64,000 bases of DNA from Octopus vulgaris (GCA_951406725.2 OX597831.1:57102001-57166000), one strand, 5' to 3'. Counted from the stretch's first letter, positions 29,694-44,400 are shown. Numbers and translations: made by a program. The notes: a model not told the origin generated them from the letters alone.

Positions 29694-31310
29694 GTTTCAA
29701 ATTTTGGCCTGGGTAAGAGACAAGTCGATTACATCGACCCTAGTACTCAACTGCTCGTCAGTTTATTGACTCCGAAAGGATGAAACGCAAACTCAACCTC
29801 GGCGGAATTTGAACTCAGAACGTAAAAACGCACGAAATACCGCTTAGCAAAATGTCCGGCGTGCTAACTAGCAATTTCATCAACTATAATACTTGATCAT
29901 TACTTATTTTATCGCCCTAGAAAGATTGAAGACAAAGATGACCTCGGCAGTATGTAAACTCAGGATGTTAGAAGCTGGAAGAAATATCGCAACGTTTTTT
30001 TCCTGACGTGCGAGCCAACGACGACAGGGTTTGCAGTTTAAGAGCGGCAGTTGATACTATCAACCACAATATATGACTGGTACTATATTTATCAACATCA
30101 AGGGGATGAAAAGCAAAGTTGACTTCTTCGGCAGGATTTCAGCTCGGAACATATAGAACCGGTTTTCTAGCATAGGCACACATCCTCGCATCTGTGGGAG
30201 ACGTGTTGTGTTGTTAGTTAAAACGGCCCAAGTTTAAAGGCACATGGCCTAGTGGTTAGAGCAGCGGACTCGCGGTCGAGGGATCACGGGTTCGAATCTC
30301 AGACCGGGCGTTGTGTGTGTTTATGAGCGAAACCCCTAGCTCCGCGCAGCTCCGGCAGAAGGCAATGGCGAACTTCTGCTGAGTCTTTAGCCACAACCTT
30401 CTGTCACTCTTTCCCCCTGCATCTTGCAGCTCACCTGCGATTGACTGGCGTCCCGTCCAGGTGGGGAACCTATACGCCAAGGAAACCGGGAAACCGGCCC
30501 TGATGAGCCAGATATAGCTCGAGAAGGAACAAACAACAACAAACAACAAGGTTAAAGGCAAGGTCAACAAAAGCAGATGAATACAAAACATAATGGGCAA
30601 TGATATTGAACTCTAACAGGTAGAAGACCTCAAATTGGAGAAGAAGGTGGTTTAACTGAGTAAGAGCCATGATATTCTTTCTGATTTTGGTACAAGATTA
30701 AGAAATTTGAGGGGTGGAGGTGCTCGACTGATACTTATTATATCGACCCCGAAATGATGAAAAGCAAAGGTACTCTCAGCGGGATTTAAACTCAGATCAT
30801 AAAGAGCCGGAAGAAATGCCGCTAAGCATTTTGTTCCGTGCGTTACGATTCTGCCAGCTCGCCGCCCTATTAAGGCCATAACATTGGTTTCAAATTTTGG
30901 CACAAGGCCAGCAATTTTGAGGAGAGGGTAGTTCGATTATATCGACATCAGTGCTCAACTGGTACTTGTATTAAATTCGAAAGGATGAAAAGGCATACTC
31001 GATCTCGGCGAAATTTGAACTCTGAACTTAAAGACGGACTAAGCATTTTACCTGGGGTGCTAATTAAGGGCCATAATATTAATCATACGTTTTTAAGGCG
31101 GCGAGATGACTGAGTCGTTAACACAGAGCACAAAACAGCGGCGTTTTGTTCGCCTTTCCGTTCTGAGTTTAGATCCCGTCTAGGTCGACTTCACTTTTTA
31201 TCCTTTCCGGGGCGATAGGACAAGTAGCAACTGAGCATTGAGGCCGATATAATCGACCACCTCACCTCCTTATAATTAATTACTGGCCTTGTACCAAAGT
31301 TTGAAACAAT
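29693..31310. mobile_element. Cluster of ~6 family-A SINE copies (mostly minus strand) surrounding one family-C copy
   Basis: Recurrent reverse-complement core (cgaaaggatgaaa..caaagtcgacctcggcggaatttgaactcagaac variants) at ~29770, 29920, 30100, 30750 and 30980; plus-strand copy at 31095-31310. Confidence 0.8.
30237..30545 (+). mobile_element. Family-C SINE, tail type 2 (partial minus-strand copies at 32520-32678 and 7230-7430)
   Basis: cctgcgattgactggcgtcccgtccaggtggggaacctatacgccaaggaaaccgggaaaccggccc tail ending in (CAA)n. Confidence 0.85.
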
Positions 31311-34300
31311 ATTAATTATATCTTAAGACTGCTGATGCAAAAGACAAACGATATAAATCTTTTTTATTGTTTTTCAAATGTCACTCGTGGTTTTGTTCTA
31401 AGCCTAAAAATACATCTGCGTTCTGCCTGTTCAATCCCAAGATTAACCCTCCAATAAAAGAATTTAATCGGAAGAGAAAAGTGCCATCTGTATCTGTTCA
31501 GGAATAATTCACAGAGATTAGGCTTTCATATGTGGCAATGGATCTGTAACAGCATCAAACTTCAAAGAACAGAAAAAGCATGATTAATTGAAAAAGCAAA
31601 CAAGAAAAAAGAAATCTGTTTTCGTAACTCATCTTTAATGTGTACAGATCACACACGTAACATAAGTATGTATATGCATGTATATACATGCATGCATACA
31701 TGGATATATATATATACATACATAACTTCATACATGCTAACATATGTATATACATACTTCAGTGAGAAACGAATTACGTATGTATGGATGTATACATAAC
31801 CTCCACACCCGTATATTGTGCACATACACATACAAGCCTCTCTATATATACACATAATCAAATTGAAATATTCACATGAAAAAACACCATCCCACGTCCA
31901 TCCATTCATTTTCCATAGCTAAATATAAACATTCGAAAAACGACTCTCCTTAGTATCCGTTGTGTTTTTACGAATTATGTAATATACCATTAAGAAAATT
32001 GGGTAAATTATTAATTATCTTTGAAATGTCTTCCTTGTATTAGCCGTCTAGTTGTTCTGAGGCTAATCTCCTTTGTTCTGTTTTCGCTACTCGTTTCTAT
32101 AGTCCTTTTATCTAGGGATTTAAGATTCTTCCTGAGAGCCAAATGCAACAAGCCTGATTATAAGATAGGATGGGAACATTCGTTAACGTATGTTTGTCTG
32201 TGTAGGTATGTGCGTGTGCTGCGTGCGCGTGCGTGTATTTGTGTGCATATACGCGTGTGTGTTTGTCTTTGCGAGTTCTTGCATGAATATATTTTCATTG
32301 TTACGTTATCTAAAACCAAGTTTGTACGTGTTTATTTTTGGGTGCATGTTGTGAGTTTGTGCTTGTGTATGCGAGTTATTTGTGAGTGTGTGTGTGCGCA
32401 CACGTGTATATGCAGGTGTGTTGCGCGTGTGCGAGTGAATGTGTATGATCTCAGGTTTATAACGATTGCAATCTGAGAGGTTGTGGTGCTCACACATTCC
32501 TTGACTAACATGCAATATGTCCCTTCCTTCTCGAGCCACACCGGACTCATAAGGGCCGGTTTCTCGGTTTCCTTGGCGAATAGGTTCCCCACCTGGACGG
32601 GACGCCGGTCCATCGCAGGTGAGCTGCATGATGCAGAAGGAAAGAGTGAGAGAAAGCTGTGGTGAAAGAGTCAGCATAGTGTATCGAGAACTACATTACT
32701 TAGCAAGCTCATATTTTTTCTTTAAAAATGGTAGTATAATATGAAGGGTGATATAGCTGCTATTTCTAATAGTGGGGTGGTCTCGTAGAGGCTTATAGCT
32801 TTAGTATAGGTGGTGCTGTAAATTGTCAATGCAAAAGTTACACACACACACATACACACACACACACCTCCAAACACAACTATATACATTCAGATACGAT
32901 GGGATTCTTTCAATTTCCAGACACGCCTGCATCTATGCCTTTAGTGTAATTCACGTGAAGGGATTTGACCGCTATTTCTGGCGTGCAGTAGCTTCGTAGA
33001 GCCTTCTAGCGTTGGTGTGAATAATACTCTAAATTTTCATTGCAAAGACTCATTTTCTACCGCTACTTCCTCGGAAGTCTTGTGTTACATTTACTTTGCG
33101 TCTCCCTACTAGCTCGTCTACCTCTTCTCACTATGCCTATTGGGTCCATCCGTCCCACAGATCCATCGCATTAATCTTTCCATCCATTTCTTTTCCCCCT
33201 TTCCTAAATATCATTCTTTTAGAATTATTTCCATGTTCATGTTTACCTGTAGCCGCTGATTTGCAACTGTTTATGCAGGACATTAACTGCATCAATCTCA
33301 CAGCTTTTGGTTACTCATTTTCTAAAATACCACTTAGTTAGGAGGGAGGTCAGTGCCTACAACTAGATTCTGAGTATCCGACACTAGTGAAGGAAAGTAT
33401 CGTAAAACCAGAGCCTTAGCCAAACACTTGCAGCAGAGTAGATTCCGCTAAAGGCGTGGGCTACTGGGGATATGAGGTGTATGTATGTGTGTGTGTGTAT
33501 AAGAAAAACGGTGAAGTGAGGAGGTGTGAGCGGGAAAGAGTGTGAGGTAAGAGGAATGTGAACAGTGTGAGCGAAGCGTATGCACGGGTACGGGTGTGAG
33601 ATGCTGTTGCATGAAAAGAAGGCACGAAAAAGGGAACGAAAGAAGGGGAAAGGTGGGAGTTTATGGAGAAAAGTGAAAAAGAAAAAAAATGAATGAGAGA
33701 AAAATTGGAAAAAGAATAATTACAATATAACAGTAATACGAAAAGTGCTTATATCCTGTGAGAGAAGAAAATTAGTGAGGCACATGGAGGAGTGTAAAAG
33801 AAGAAAAAAATGGTACGTGGAGGAAAGTAAAGGAAGAAAAAGGGAAAAAGAAAAGTGATAAAATGAGTAAGAAAAAGAAAAAGAGAGGAAGGGTACGAGT
33901 TCAAAGAGAGGAGAAAAGAGAGAGAAAAGTAATAGAAAATATTGGAGAAAAGTGTATGTGTATGTCTGTGTGTATGCAATATAACAATAAATGTCGCAAG
34001 CTTATATAAGCCCTACGCAAGCTAGCAGTTCCATTTCAAGTATTTGTATGTGTATGTGTATAGACATGAATGCGTACCATATGCTATTCTGTATTGTTAT
34101 CGTCAAGCTGTTTACAAACCCACAAATGCCTTTCCTTGAACTGATCAGTAATCCTATCCTGATTCCCCATTCTTACTTCCCTCCCTGCAGCTTACACTTC
34201 TTAATACCTCTAATGCTTCTACACTCTCACATTTGTTATAACTAATTCTTCAGTATAGTAACTGCTAACGGAAACTAATGTATAAAGCGATTATGCCAAT

Positions 34301-35329
34301 ATTACAAACATTATTAAAAAGCAAAAACAAAAAACAAAAACAAAACAAGAACAAAACAAGAACAAAACAAAAGAACATTGAAATTTGCTATTGTCAAATC
34401 AAATGTTTAGAATGTGCGCCATCTACTGCTAAATACATATTTTGGTTACTGTACCGATTCAAAAACAATGACTTTTTAGCAAAATGGGTGTATTCGTCAA
34501 AGATTGATCTCGTAACTATGGAATATTGGCGAGGTTGTTTTATTATATTCTTAAAAAATAAACACAAGTGAGAAGCGAATAAGTGAGCAGATCTCGAGGG
34601 CTATTAGCAAAATGTCCCTAAATGTCCTGCTAGGGAGGAAGCCAGTGAAATGTTTATTTAATCTCGATCATGTTTTCTTAGCAAAATTGACGAATCATTG
34701 TCAGGCGCTATAAGAAGAACTGCCCAGATATTTTCTCTTAGCCGCTGAACATGATGAACAGCACTGCATGTGTCGCGAAAAGAAGAAAGTTCCAATTACA
34801 CTCGAAATGTAAAATGCGGTAGAAACACCTTCCAGCCAAACCTTTCGTTATACAGATTAATTAGATTTATCGCTGTTGTGACACCGTGTCACTACAGATA
34901 CTGTTATCACATGTCGAAAATGTACTACTTATTAATAGGGGGTCAACATAGTGCTTTAGTTCGCCTTGCGAAGCCATTAAAATCATAAAACTAACATTAG
35001 GCACTACGTACACGCACGCAAGTACCACTCACACACAAATAAACCATACATACATACATACTAGCAATCATACACACATACATACATACATACATACATA
35101 CATACATACATACTATCAATCATACATACGCACACAGACACACACACACACACACACACGCACAAACACACATATATATATACTCATATATATGCACACA
35201 CACACGTGTGTGTGAGTTTGTATGTATGTGTGTGAGTATATATATATATATATATATAAGAATATATATTTATATATATATATGCATATACATGTATATA
35301 TATATACATATATATACATGTGTATGCAT

Positions 35330-35385
<56 letters not shown>

Positions 35386-35576
35386 TTGGTTGAGGAGCTG
35401 TGGCGTTCAATATGGAACATTATTGTGTTTGTTGATATATATTGATTTATATTGTTTATATTATATTATTGTGTATATGTATATGTATATATATATATAA
35501 GGATATGAGTATATATGCACTCATATTTATATTTATATGTAAATTATTTTTGGGTTTGTACTCATACTTGCATTAG

Positions 35577-35690
35577 AATCTCCGAAGAGGCCGTAAGATA
35601 TTCTTGTTAATGTCTCATTTATACCTGCAATATATGGTTAATAGGTTAAATGAGACATACCTATCTTCATGGCCGAAACAGCTGTCAGTT
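35577..35690 (+). ncRNA. Hammerhead motif with long stem II, U4C core variant
   Basis: ct-CCGAAGA-ggcc..aagata..tgtctcattta...taaatgagaca..tatctt..ggcc-GAAA-cagctg-TC-ag. Confidence 0.68.
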
Positions 35691-35999
35691 ATAATATATA
35701 TGTATTTTTAGATCTTGTTATATTTATTTAGTTATATCTCATCATATTGATTGTAATTATTGTACCGTATTAATGTATAATCTCATTGCTATTGTGTAGT
35801 GTTTTAATAAAGTATATGATTCGGTATTATCTGATAGTTGATGATTGATTTAGATATATTTCTCCATTTTCTCATTTTGTATATATATATATATATATAT
35901 ATTTACATATATATATACACATATATATATATACACACACACATATATATATATACACACACACACACACTCATATATATACACACACACACACACACA

Positions 36000-36050
<51 letters not shown>

Positions 36051-37713
36051 ATATATATATACATGTATATATACATATATATATATATGGATATGCATAT
36101 ACATATATATACATATCTACATCCATCCATCTATGTCTCTCTCTCTTTCTCTGTCTGTCACATGTCTGTGTATGTGTGTCCATGTATGGCTATAATTGCA
36201 TATATGTATTTTACGAGTTTTATTTCACTTGTACGTATGTATTTAAATGGGTGACATAGAAGTAAAAAAAAGATTTCCTGTTCAACTCTCTTGTGTAAAA
36301 GTGTCAAGTTTCAATAGATATCTACACAGTTTATCGTTGAATGGTCAGTTACAATAATCAATAGGATTTTATTATTTTCTTTTTTGATAGTTTTACAGTT
36401 CTAAGTGCAGTTTAAAGGTGAACTTAGCACTTACATACATATACACATATATAGGATACATACACTCTCATACATACATACATACATACATACATACATA
36501 CATACATACATACATACATACATACATACATACATACATACTTGCAGATTCATACATGCATACATAGATACATATATACATATATATATACATATAAATC
36601 TGCACATGCACATACATACACACACATACATACATACATACATACATACATACATACATACATACATACATACATGCATACTCACAGATTCATACATGTA
36701 TGCATATATACACATTTACATACATATAAATCTGCACATCCACATACATACACACACACATACATACATACATACATACATACATACATACATACATACA
36801 TTCATACATAATACATACATACGTACATTCACACACACAGATTCATGCATGCATACATACATACATACATACATACATACATACATACATACATGCATGC
36901 ATATATACGTCTATCCACACAAAAATTCCCTGTCCTTGATGTTGAAATTCTTATGAACGAGCCTTGAATCTAGGTTAGAAACCAGTTCTTCCTGTATTGG
37001 CAAGAAATCTTAAATAAAACTGAACAATGACATACACACACACACATACATGCATACATGTATACATACATACGTACATACATTTATGCATATATACATA
37101 CATACGTTCATATATATATACACTCTGGCATATACAAAGATATACACTATCCATACACACGTACATACATACATATATACGGACGCATGAGCATATATAA
37201 ATGAATATATCTACATACATGCATACACACGCACACACCCTGACACACATACAGACACGCGCGCACACACACACACACACGTGTCTGTTTGCCTAGTTGC
37301 ACGTATGTATGTATGTATGTATGTATGTATGTATGTATGTATGTTTGTATGTATGTATGAATGTATATTTGTATGTATGTATGTATGTATGTATGTATGT
37401 ATGTATGTATGTATGTATGTATGTATGTTTGTATGTATGTATGAATGTATGTATGTATGTATGTATGTATGTATGTATGTATGTATGTATGTATGTATGA
37501 ATGTATGTATGTATGTATGTATGTATGTATGTATGTATGTATGTATGTATGTATGTATGCATGTGTGCGCAACTTAGAAAGTAGACTCATTTTTGAAGAG
37601 AATTATAAAACACCAGCACGATCCTTTCCACCTACATGTTTGAGATTTGCATGTGTGCGTTTGCGAATGTGTGTGTATGTATGAGTGCCCGAGAAAGAGA
37701 AAGAGAGAAAGAG

Positions 37714-37744
<31 letters not shown>

Positions 37745-38104
37745 TAGGGGGGAGAGGAAGCAAAACAGAGAAAGTCAGAAAGAAAGAGAACGTGAGTGTT
37801 CCGTTTCTCATAAAAAGATCATGTTCCGCAGTTTGGTTTTTCTCCTCCCCCGCTACCTGCACTGCAATCTGACACAACCCCGCCCCATCAACCCCCCACT
37901 TAGGCAAAAGGAAATTGAGTCAATCAACACAATATTCTGTAAAGAAGGTTTAGTGAAAGGCTGTCTATTTATCTATATGTCTGTTTGTCTATCTTTACAA
38001 CGCCCCCTCTCTCTCTCACTCTCTCTCTTTCTCACTATCTCTCTCACTCACTCACACTCTCTCTCTCACTTACTGTCTCTCTCTCCCTATATATATAATA
38101 TATG

Positions 38105-38217
<113 letters not shown>

Positions 38218-38229
38218 TATATATGTATG

Positions 38230-38298
<69 letters not shown>

Positions 38299-38302
<4 letters not shown>

Positions 38303-38549
38303 GTAAATGAATTATGTGACAATTATTCAGTAGCCATGTTAAAACTCAGAGTTTCGGATGCCGAGGTGGAAATCCATGCCGCCATCTCTTGAGTTATCCG
38401 GCCATCGGAAAAATACTTTTTTTTTTCATAGTATTTTCCAGATGGCCGGATAACTGAAGAAATGGCGGCTTGGATTTCCACCTCGGCATCCGAAACTCGG
38501 AGTTTTCTCTTGGCTACCGAACAATTCTCACATATTACATTTACAGATA
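38299..38549. repeat. Imperfect ~118-bp-arm palindrome, each arm carrying a hammerhead-like motif
   Basis: Arms 38299-38417 and 38430-38549. Plus arm: taa-CTGAAGA-aatg...catcc-GAAA-ctcggag-TT-tt. Confidence 0.75.
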
Positions 38550-38669
38550 AATTCCTCTATTTACATAATATCGAGGTCTCTTTCATTCTTTTGTTGCCTT
38601 ACCATTTTTATCAATATATATATATATATATGGTAATGGCACTCCGATGCCTACGACGACAAGGGTTCC

Positions 38670-38870
38670 ATCATCATCATCATCATTGTTCGACCGTGGT
38701 CGAAACAATGGAATTTACCATGCTACGCCAGACTTCACGGTCCATCATAGCATTACGGAGGTCCTGTGGCTGGACGCCTGTATCCCTGGAGATTGCATCA
38801 GGGTAGGAGAGTGTGCGCTCTCTGGTATTGCGAGCAGAATGCTTCCAGAGGAGAAGAGTCATCTACTCGC
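38670..38870 (-). mobile_element. RTE-type LINE 3' end with (TGA)n tail, inserted in a SINE tail
   Basis: Minus strand reads TLLLWKHSARNTRERTLSYPDAISRDTGVQPQDLRNAMMDREVWRSMVNSIVSTTVEQ*, followed by (TGA)n. Confidence 0.8.
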
Positions 38871-39731
38871 AAGTCTGGCGTAGCATGGTAAATTCCATTG
38901 TCTCGACCACGGTCGAACAATGATGATGATGATGGAACCCTTGTCGTCGTAGGCATCGGAGTTCCAGTTGATTCCAAGGGTTCCAGTTGATCCAGTCAAC
39001 AGAACAGCCTGCTCGTGAAATTAACGTGCAAGTGTCTGAGCACTTCACAGACACGCGTACCCTTAACGTACTTACCTAACTACCTACCTACCTACCTACC
39101 TACATACCTACCTACCTACCTACCTACCTACCTACCTACCTACCTACCTACCTACCTACCTACATACCTACCTACCTACCTACCTACCTACCTACCTACC
39201 TATGTTAGCAACCCCTATCCACATCTGTGTCCTTTTCTCCAAGGAATCAGACTATTTTTTCCTTAATCGCATATCAATTCCGAAGCTGAGTCTTATCCGG
39301 TCGCAAATGCCACCAGGCAGTTTACTTTTCCTTGGAAGCGGAAAAAATTTAATAAATGAAGAATTTATATTGTGTGGTGTTTGATATATCTGCATTTGTC
39401 TTGGTTATCCAAATTGATGCCAAACTAGCCACCCTATATTATTTCTCTTAGCTCATATTTGCTTGGACAATAACAATTACTTATGCATAAGTATTATTTT
39501 CCCTTTGTGCATATATCTGACTCTTATGTCTAGCTGAAGTCAAGGTAGGACAACTGTTGTGCTGATGACGCTTATAGAGGAAGAAACATGTGTCTAGAGC
39601 TGTCTTTTCCTTTATGGCCGACTGACATTTCCTTAATTATATACTAATTCTGGATAATTCCTTATTTTGGGGATTATCTACTCTTGTCATTTGGATTCAG
39701 TCGCAATAGTCAACAAGTACTTATCTGTTTC

Positions 39732-40090
39732 GGAGGCGTAATGACTCAGTGGTTAGGGCAGCAGACTTGCGATCGTAGGATCGCGGTTTCCATTCCCAGA
39801 CCGGGCATTGTGAGTGTTTATTGAGCGAAATCACCTAAAGCTCCCGAGGCTCCGGCAGGGGGGTGGCGTACACCGCCGTACTCTTTCACCACAACTTTCT
39901 CTCACTCTTTCTTTCTGTATCTCAAAGGGCCAGCCTTGTCACACTCTGAGTCACGCTGAATCTCCCTGAGAACTACGTTAAGGGTACACGTGTCTATGGA
40001 ATGCTCAGCCACTTGCACGTTAATTTTACGAACTGGCTGTTCCGTTGATCGGATCGACTGGAACCCTCGTCATCGTAACCGACGGAGTGC
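39732..40090 (+). mobile_element. Family-C head with family-D tail (chimeric SINE)
   Basis: C-type head and body to ~39915, then tcaaagggccagccttgtcacac...gacggagtgc, the same tail as 12503-12825. Confidence 0.85.
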
Positions 40091-40394
40091 TACGACTTGT
40101 ATGTTTACCTGTCTCTGTATGTTTACCTGTCTCTGAAACCAAAGGTAATTTAAATAAATTAAGAAAGCGCCGTAGTACACCTGTATTCGTATTTTCTTGC
40201 GCAAATTCATCTCACTGGCCATAATTCATGTCACTGGCAATAAGTCTTTCAACTCAAGCGCACACAAGCACACACAGACACGGGCGCGCACATACATACA
40301 TACATAAATACATGCATAATACATACATACATACATACATACATACATACATACATACATACATAATACATACATACATGCATACATACATGGA

Positions 40395-40453
<59 letters not shown>

Positions 40454-40902
40454 TATACATGTAGAAAAAGATGTAGGGAACCTTCCGTGTATACTTTTGC
40501 AGGCAAAGACTCAAAAATAATACTTTGCAAATATGATTTACCAGAACTTTTAATTGATATCTATATACAAAATCTACACACATTTGATAACTGGAACGTG
40601 CAGATGTGCCTCACGAGGACACAGCTTGGATTATAACTTTTTTACACTATATATGCGCAAAATCCTAAAATGATAGATGTTTTCCTTGTTTTATTAACAC
40701 TAAGGGAGACAATCCCTTGCACTTAACTCTTGTCTTTTGTCGGTGTGTTCAAAACTATCCATGAGGCCTTTTCTTCACCCACTTTGAATAGAGAGGTTAT
40801 AGACCACCAGCCATTAGGGACTGAGAAGACGCTATAAAACTGGCCGCTTTATGGACGTGAAACCCTGGGTAACTCCATAGACCGGTCATAACTATCTTTA
40901 TA

Positions 40903-40971
<69 letters not shown>

Positions 40972-41508
40972 ATGTATCGTATGGCTGTTTGTCAATCAAA
41001 CGAAGATGATGTCAGTTTTATCATTGTTCGTAAAGGTTTATAACTGAGTTACTTTACCTTCTCCTAAAGACATACTGTAATGAAAATTAAGGATCACCTC
41101 GCCTTACAGCGCGCTGCACATCGTGGTGGAAATTCCACGTACCCCCACCCCCACCCCACCCTCGAACTCTATACTGGATTCATGTGTCTTTTGACAGGAA
41201 TCGTTTTAGTCAAGATGGATTTCTAGTAAATCATTTCTCCAGGTTGGCCTTGTGGGTGTGTCAGTTTTGCCTCCGGAGCGGAGAGCATGCTAGGTTGTAC
41301 TGGATTACATATTAGTCATAGCGCTCACAGTGTGAGCTGGCTCATTCCCCCACACTCTCTCCCTCCCCACTCTCTCCTCACTCTCTCTCCCTCCCTCCCC
41401 TCTCTATCCTCACTCTCTCTCTCCCTCCCCCTCTCTCTCTATATATATACATATGCATATTATATAATATCATGGTGTTCTGCAGGAACGTATAAATATT
41501 GTGTACTG

Positions 41509-41557
<49 letters not shown>

Positions 41558-41628
41558 TGTGTGTGTATTTACTGTATATATATATATATATATATGAATG
41601 TATATACATGTGTGTGTATATATACATG

Positions 41629-41662
<34 letters not shown>

Positions 41663-41663
41663 C

Positions 41664-41706
<43 letters not shown>

Positions 41707-41747
41707 CATATATATATATACATATATATATATACATATATATACAT

Positions 41748-41792
<45 letters not shown>

Positions 41793-43874
41793 AACACTCA
41801 CACATACATACATACACTTATATATATATCAACATATATTACAATAATGATTGATGACTTTTCGTAAGTTTAGTTTTGGTCGTTTTTTAAGTTATCTCTG
41901 CCACTACATGAGAAATCACCTCAAACACCCCAGGCGTATATGCAACATAATAACACTGTTACAGCAGCATTCTAAAAGCACATTGCCTATCAGTTACGAA
42001 AATCTTTCGTAAAAAAAACAAACACCACATACATCCAAAAAATCGTTGTATTATTCATAGCTTCATTGTCCCAGGAACATTGCGTTTGAACCTACACTAC
42101 TAATAACAATTCCAAAAGAATAGCAACTGTTGCATTTTAATCGAGTCCACCTGCCGCCGATTCTTCTGTGATCCCTGCCAGATCTGCGGATGTACAGAAA
42201 TAGGCTGGGCAGTGGAGAACATGAAACATATAGGGATTGTAATGTTACGGAATATGCAAATAATCACTGTACGTCGCAGACTCCATTACAGTCCTTGGAA
42301 GAAAAAATACGTGGGTCCCACCAAGTCGTTCAATCGACAATCTCTGTGCCATAAAAGTACCCAAATGAGGAAATGATGGGATTATGGTATGTCCTCCTAC
42401 ATATCTAGTAATTATAATTGCTTTTCATTTTCGAGTTCATTTATATTTTGTAGTTTATACAGACTTTACTGTTCTTATTACATTTTAGAAACGTTCATAT
42501 TATCCATTGTCGGTCAATAAAATGTACCAAACCAGTGTGATGGATTGGAAGAACATTGAGTGCGTCGGGCTGGATGTCTTGTGATAGCTGTCCCAGTTCT
42601 TTGTTTATTGAAAGAAATTTCTTATACGGCACTAAAGCCAAACTGTATCGACCTTGCCTTTCTCTTGGTGATGTGAAGACAGAAGAATTGCATGCAAGAG
42701 AAACTGCTGTTCTGCTCCCATAATCTTTGTTCATGCATGCATCTTGGAGGGGAAGTTCATACACGTATCTTGGAGGGGGAAGGCAAGTTTCTAGGTGCTG
42801 AAATAAACAGCCAGCCCTATACTGTAACGACCTCATTAGCCACAAACACAGTATTTAGATGCACACACTGCCAATAAGTCTACGCCTAGTTTGAAAGCTT
42901 GCAAATACAGTGTACTAAGCTAAAGACAACCAACGGTCAGATGGTAGTGTTAGACTGCGACAGTTTCCACAGAAAACAGACTGCAACAGCTTTCACAGTA
43001 TTATTACATGAAGTGGAAACTCATATTTTTTCTCGCAGTATGGGTATGAAAGCATTTTGAAAATACCTCACAGAGTGACGACCATGCTCTGCATAGTCAC
43101 GAGTTGCCCTTTGGAATGGCATAGGATCCGTTCAGCCATCCTGTCAGGGAAACGGCGAGGTCATGGGACGGCAACATGGTGGGATTGTGAAGAGGTAGCA
43201 GAAGAGCTTCTTACATTGATGCTGAGCAGAGGAGTCCTAGAAGATTAGGATTAACAAGCTCTACAAAGAGAGTAACTGCAACGCATCCACGAGGGCGGCT
43301 TCCATGGTTGTGTAATCAGCTAATGAAAGATTCACTATGGCTCAAGTTCCCAATTTGAATTCATAATAATGGAATTAGATGGCGACTGAGAGTCATGGGA
43401 ATCCACGAAAGCAGCGATAGAAAAATTGCAAAATGTATAGGAAACAGCTAACCAATATACAAGATAAGCACGAGGGAATTAACTAGATCTTCATTACCCA
43501 ATATATTCAACAAGCCATTACTAAATGCTTGGCTCGTATCTAATACATTTGAAACATATCAGGTTAGGTTTATTACAAACAACTCCTTTGCTTGTAGTTA
43601 TATAATGGAAAAAATAACCAGGCAGTTTTGTCGCTACTTAGAAACTTCAATGGTAGCGTTATGATTTGAAATCGTCAGAAGATCAATGTTTTTTTCTAGT
43701 CGAATTATTTTTATCTTCCTCGGTAAGTATTGTTATTGCTTCAAGTATGAAAATGCGTCTTCTTTTGCTGCCATGCTATGATACTCAACTATGATAATAG
43801 GACTATGATACTCAATGTGTTTTTTTTCTTTTCTTAACAGCAACCTTTATGAGGGCAAGTAAAAAAAGTTAGTG

Positions 43875-43912
<38 letters not shown>

Positions 43913-43913
<1 letters not shown>

Positions 43914-44125
43914 CTTTTATCTTTTACTTGTTTCAGTCACTAGATTGCGGCAATTCTGGAGCACCGCCTTGAAGGCTGATACTTACTATATCGGTTTTTC
44001 TTTCCAAAGAGCTAAGTCGCGAGGACGTAAACAAACTACCACCGGTTGTCGAGCAGTGGGGACAAACACAAACATAATGACACACATACATAAATACACA
44101 AACACACACACGGTTCGACATTAAC

Positions 44126-44202
<77 letters not shown>

Positions 44203-44348
44203 CGACGACGGGTTTATTTTAGTTTCCGTCTACCAAATCCATTCACAAACTTTGGTCGCCTCGGGGCTATAGTAGAAAACACTTTCCCAGGGTATCGCGC
44301 ACTGGGACTGAGCATAGAACCGTACATTTGGGAAGCAAATTGCTTACA

Positions 44349-44350
<2 letters not shown>
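43913..44350 (-). mobile_element. Family-B SINE, diverged (others at ~45958-46392, 54608-54830, 56600-56820, 24260-24420, 13071-13230)
   Basis: cttttacttgtttcagtca tail and tttccgtctaccaaatcca...ctatagtagaa head-side modules. Confidence 0.75.

Positions 44351-44400
<50 letters not shown>

Noticed and set aside
39555-39605. CTGATGA...GAAACATGTGTC motif
   Set aside because: Stem II and stem I pairing are poor; possibly a decayed member but not supportable alone.
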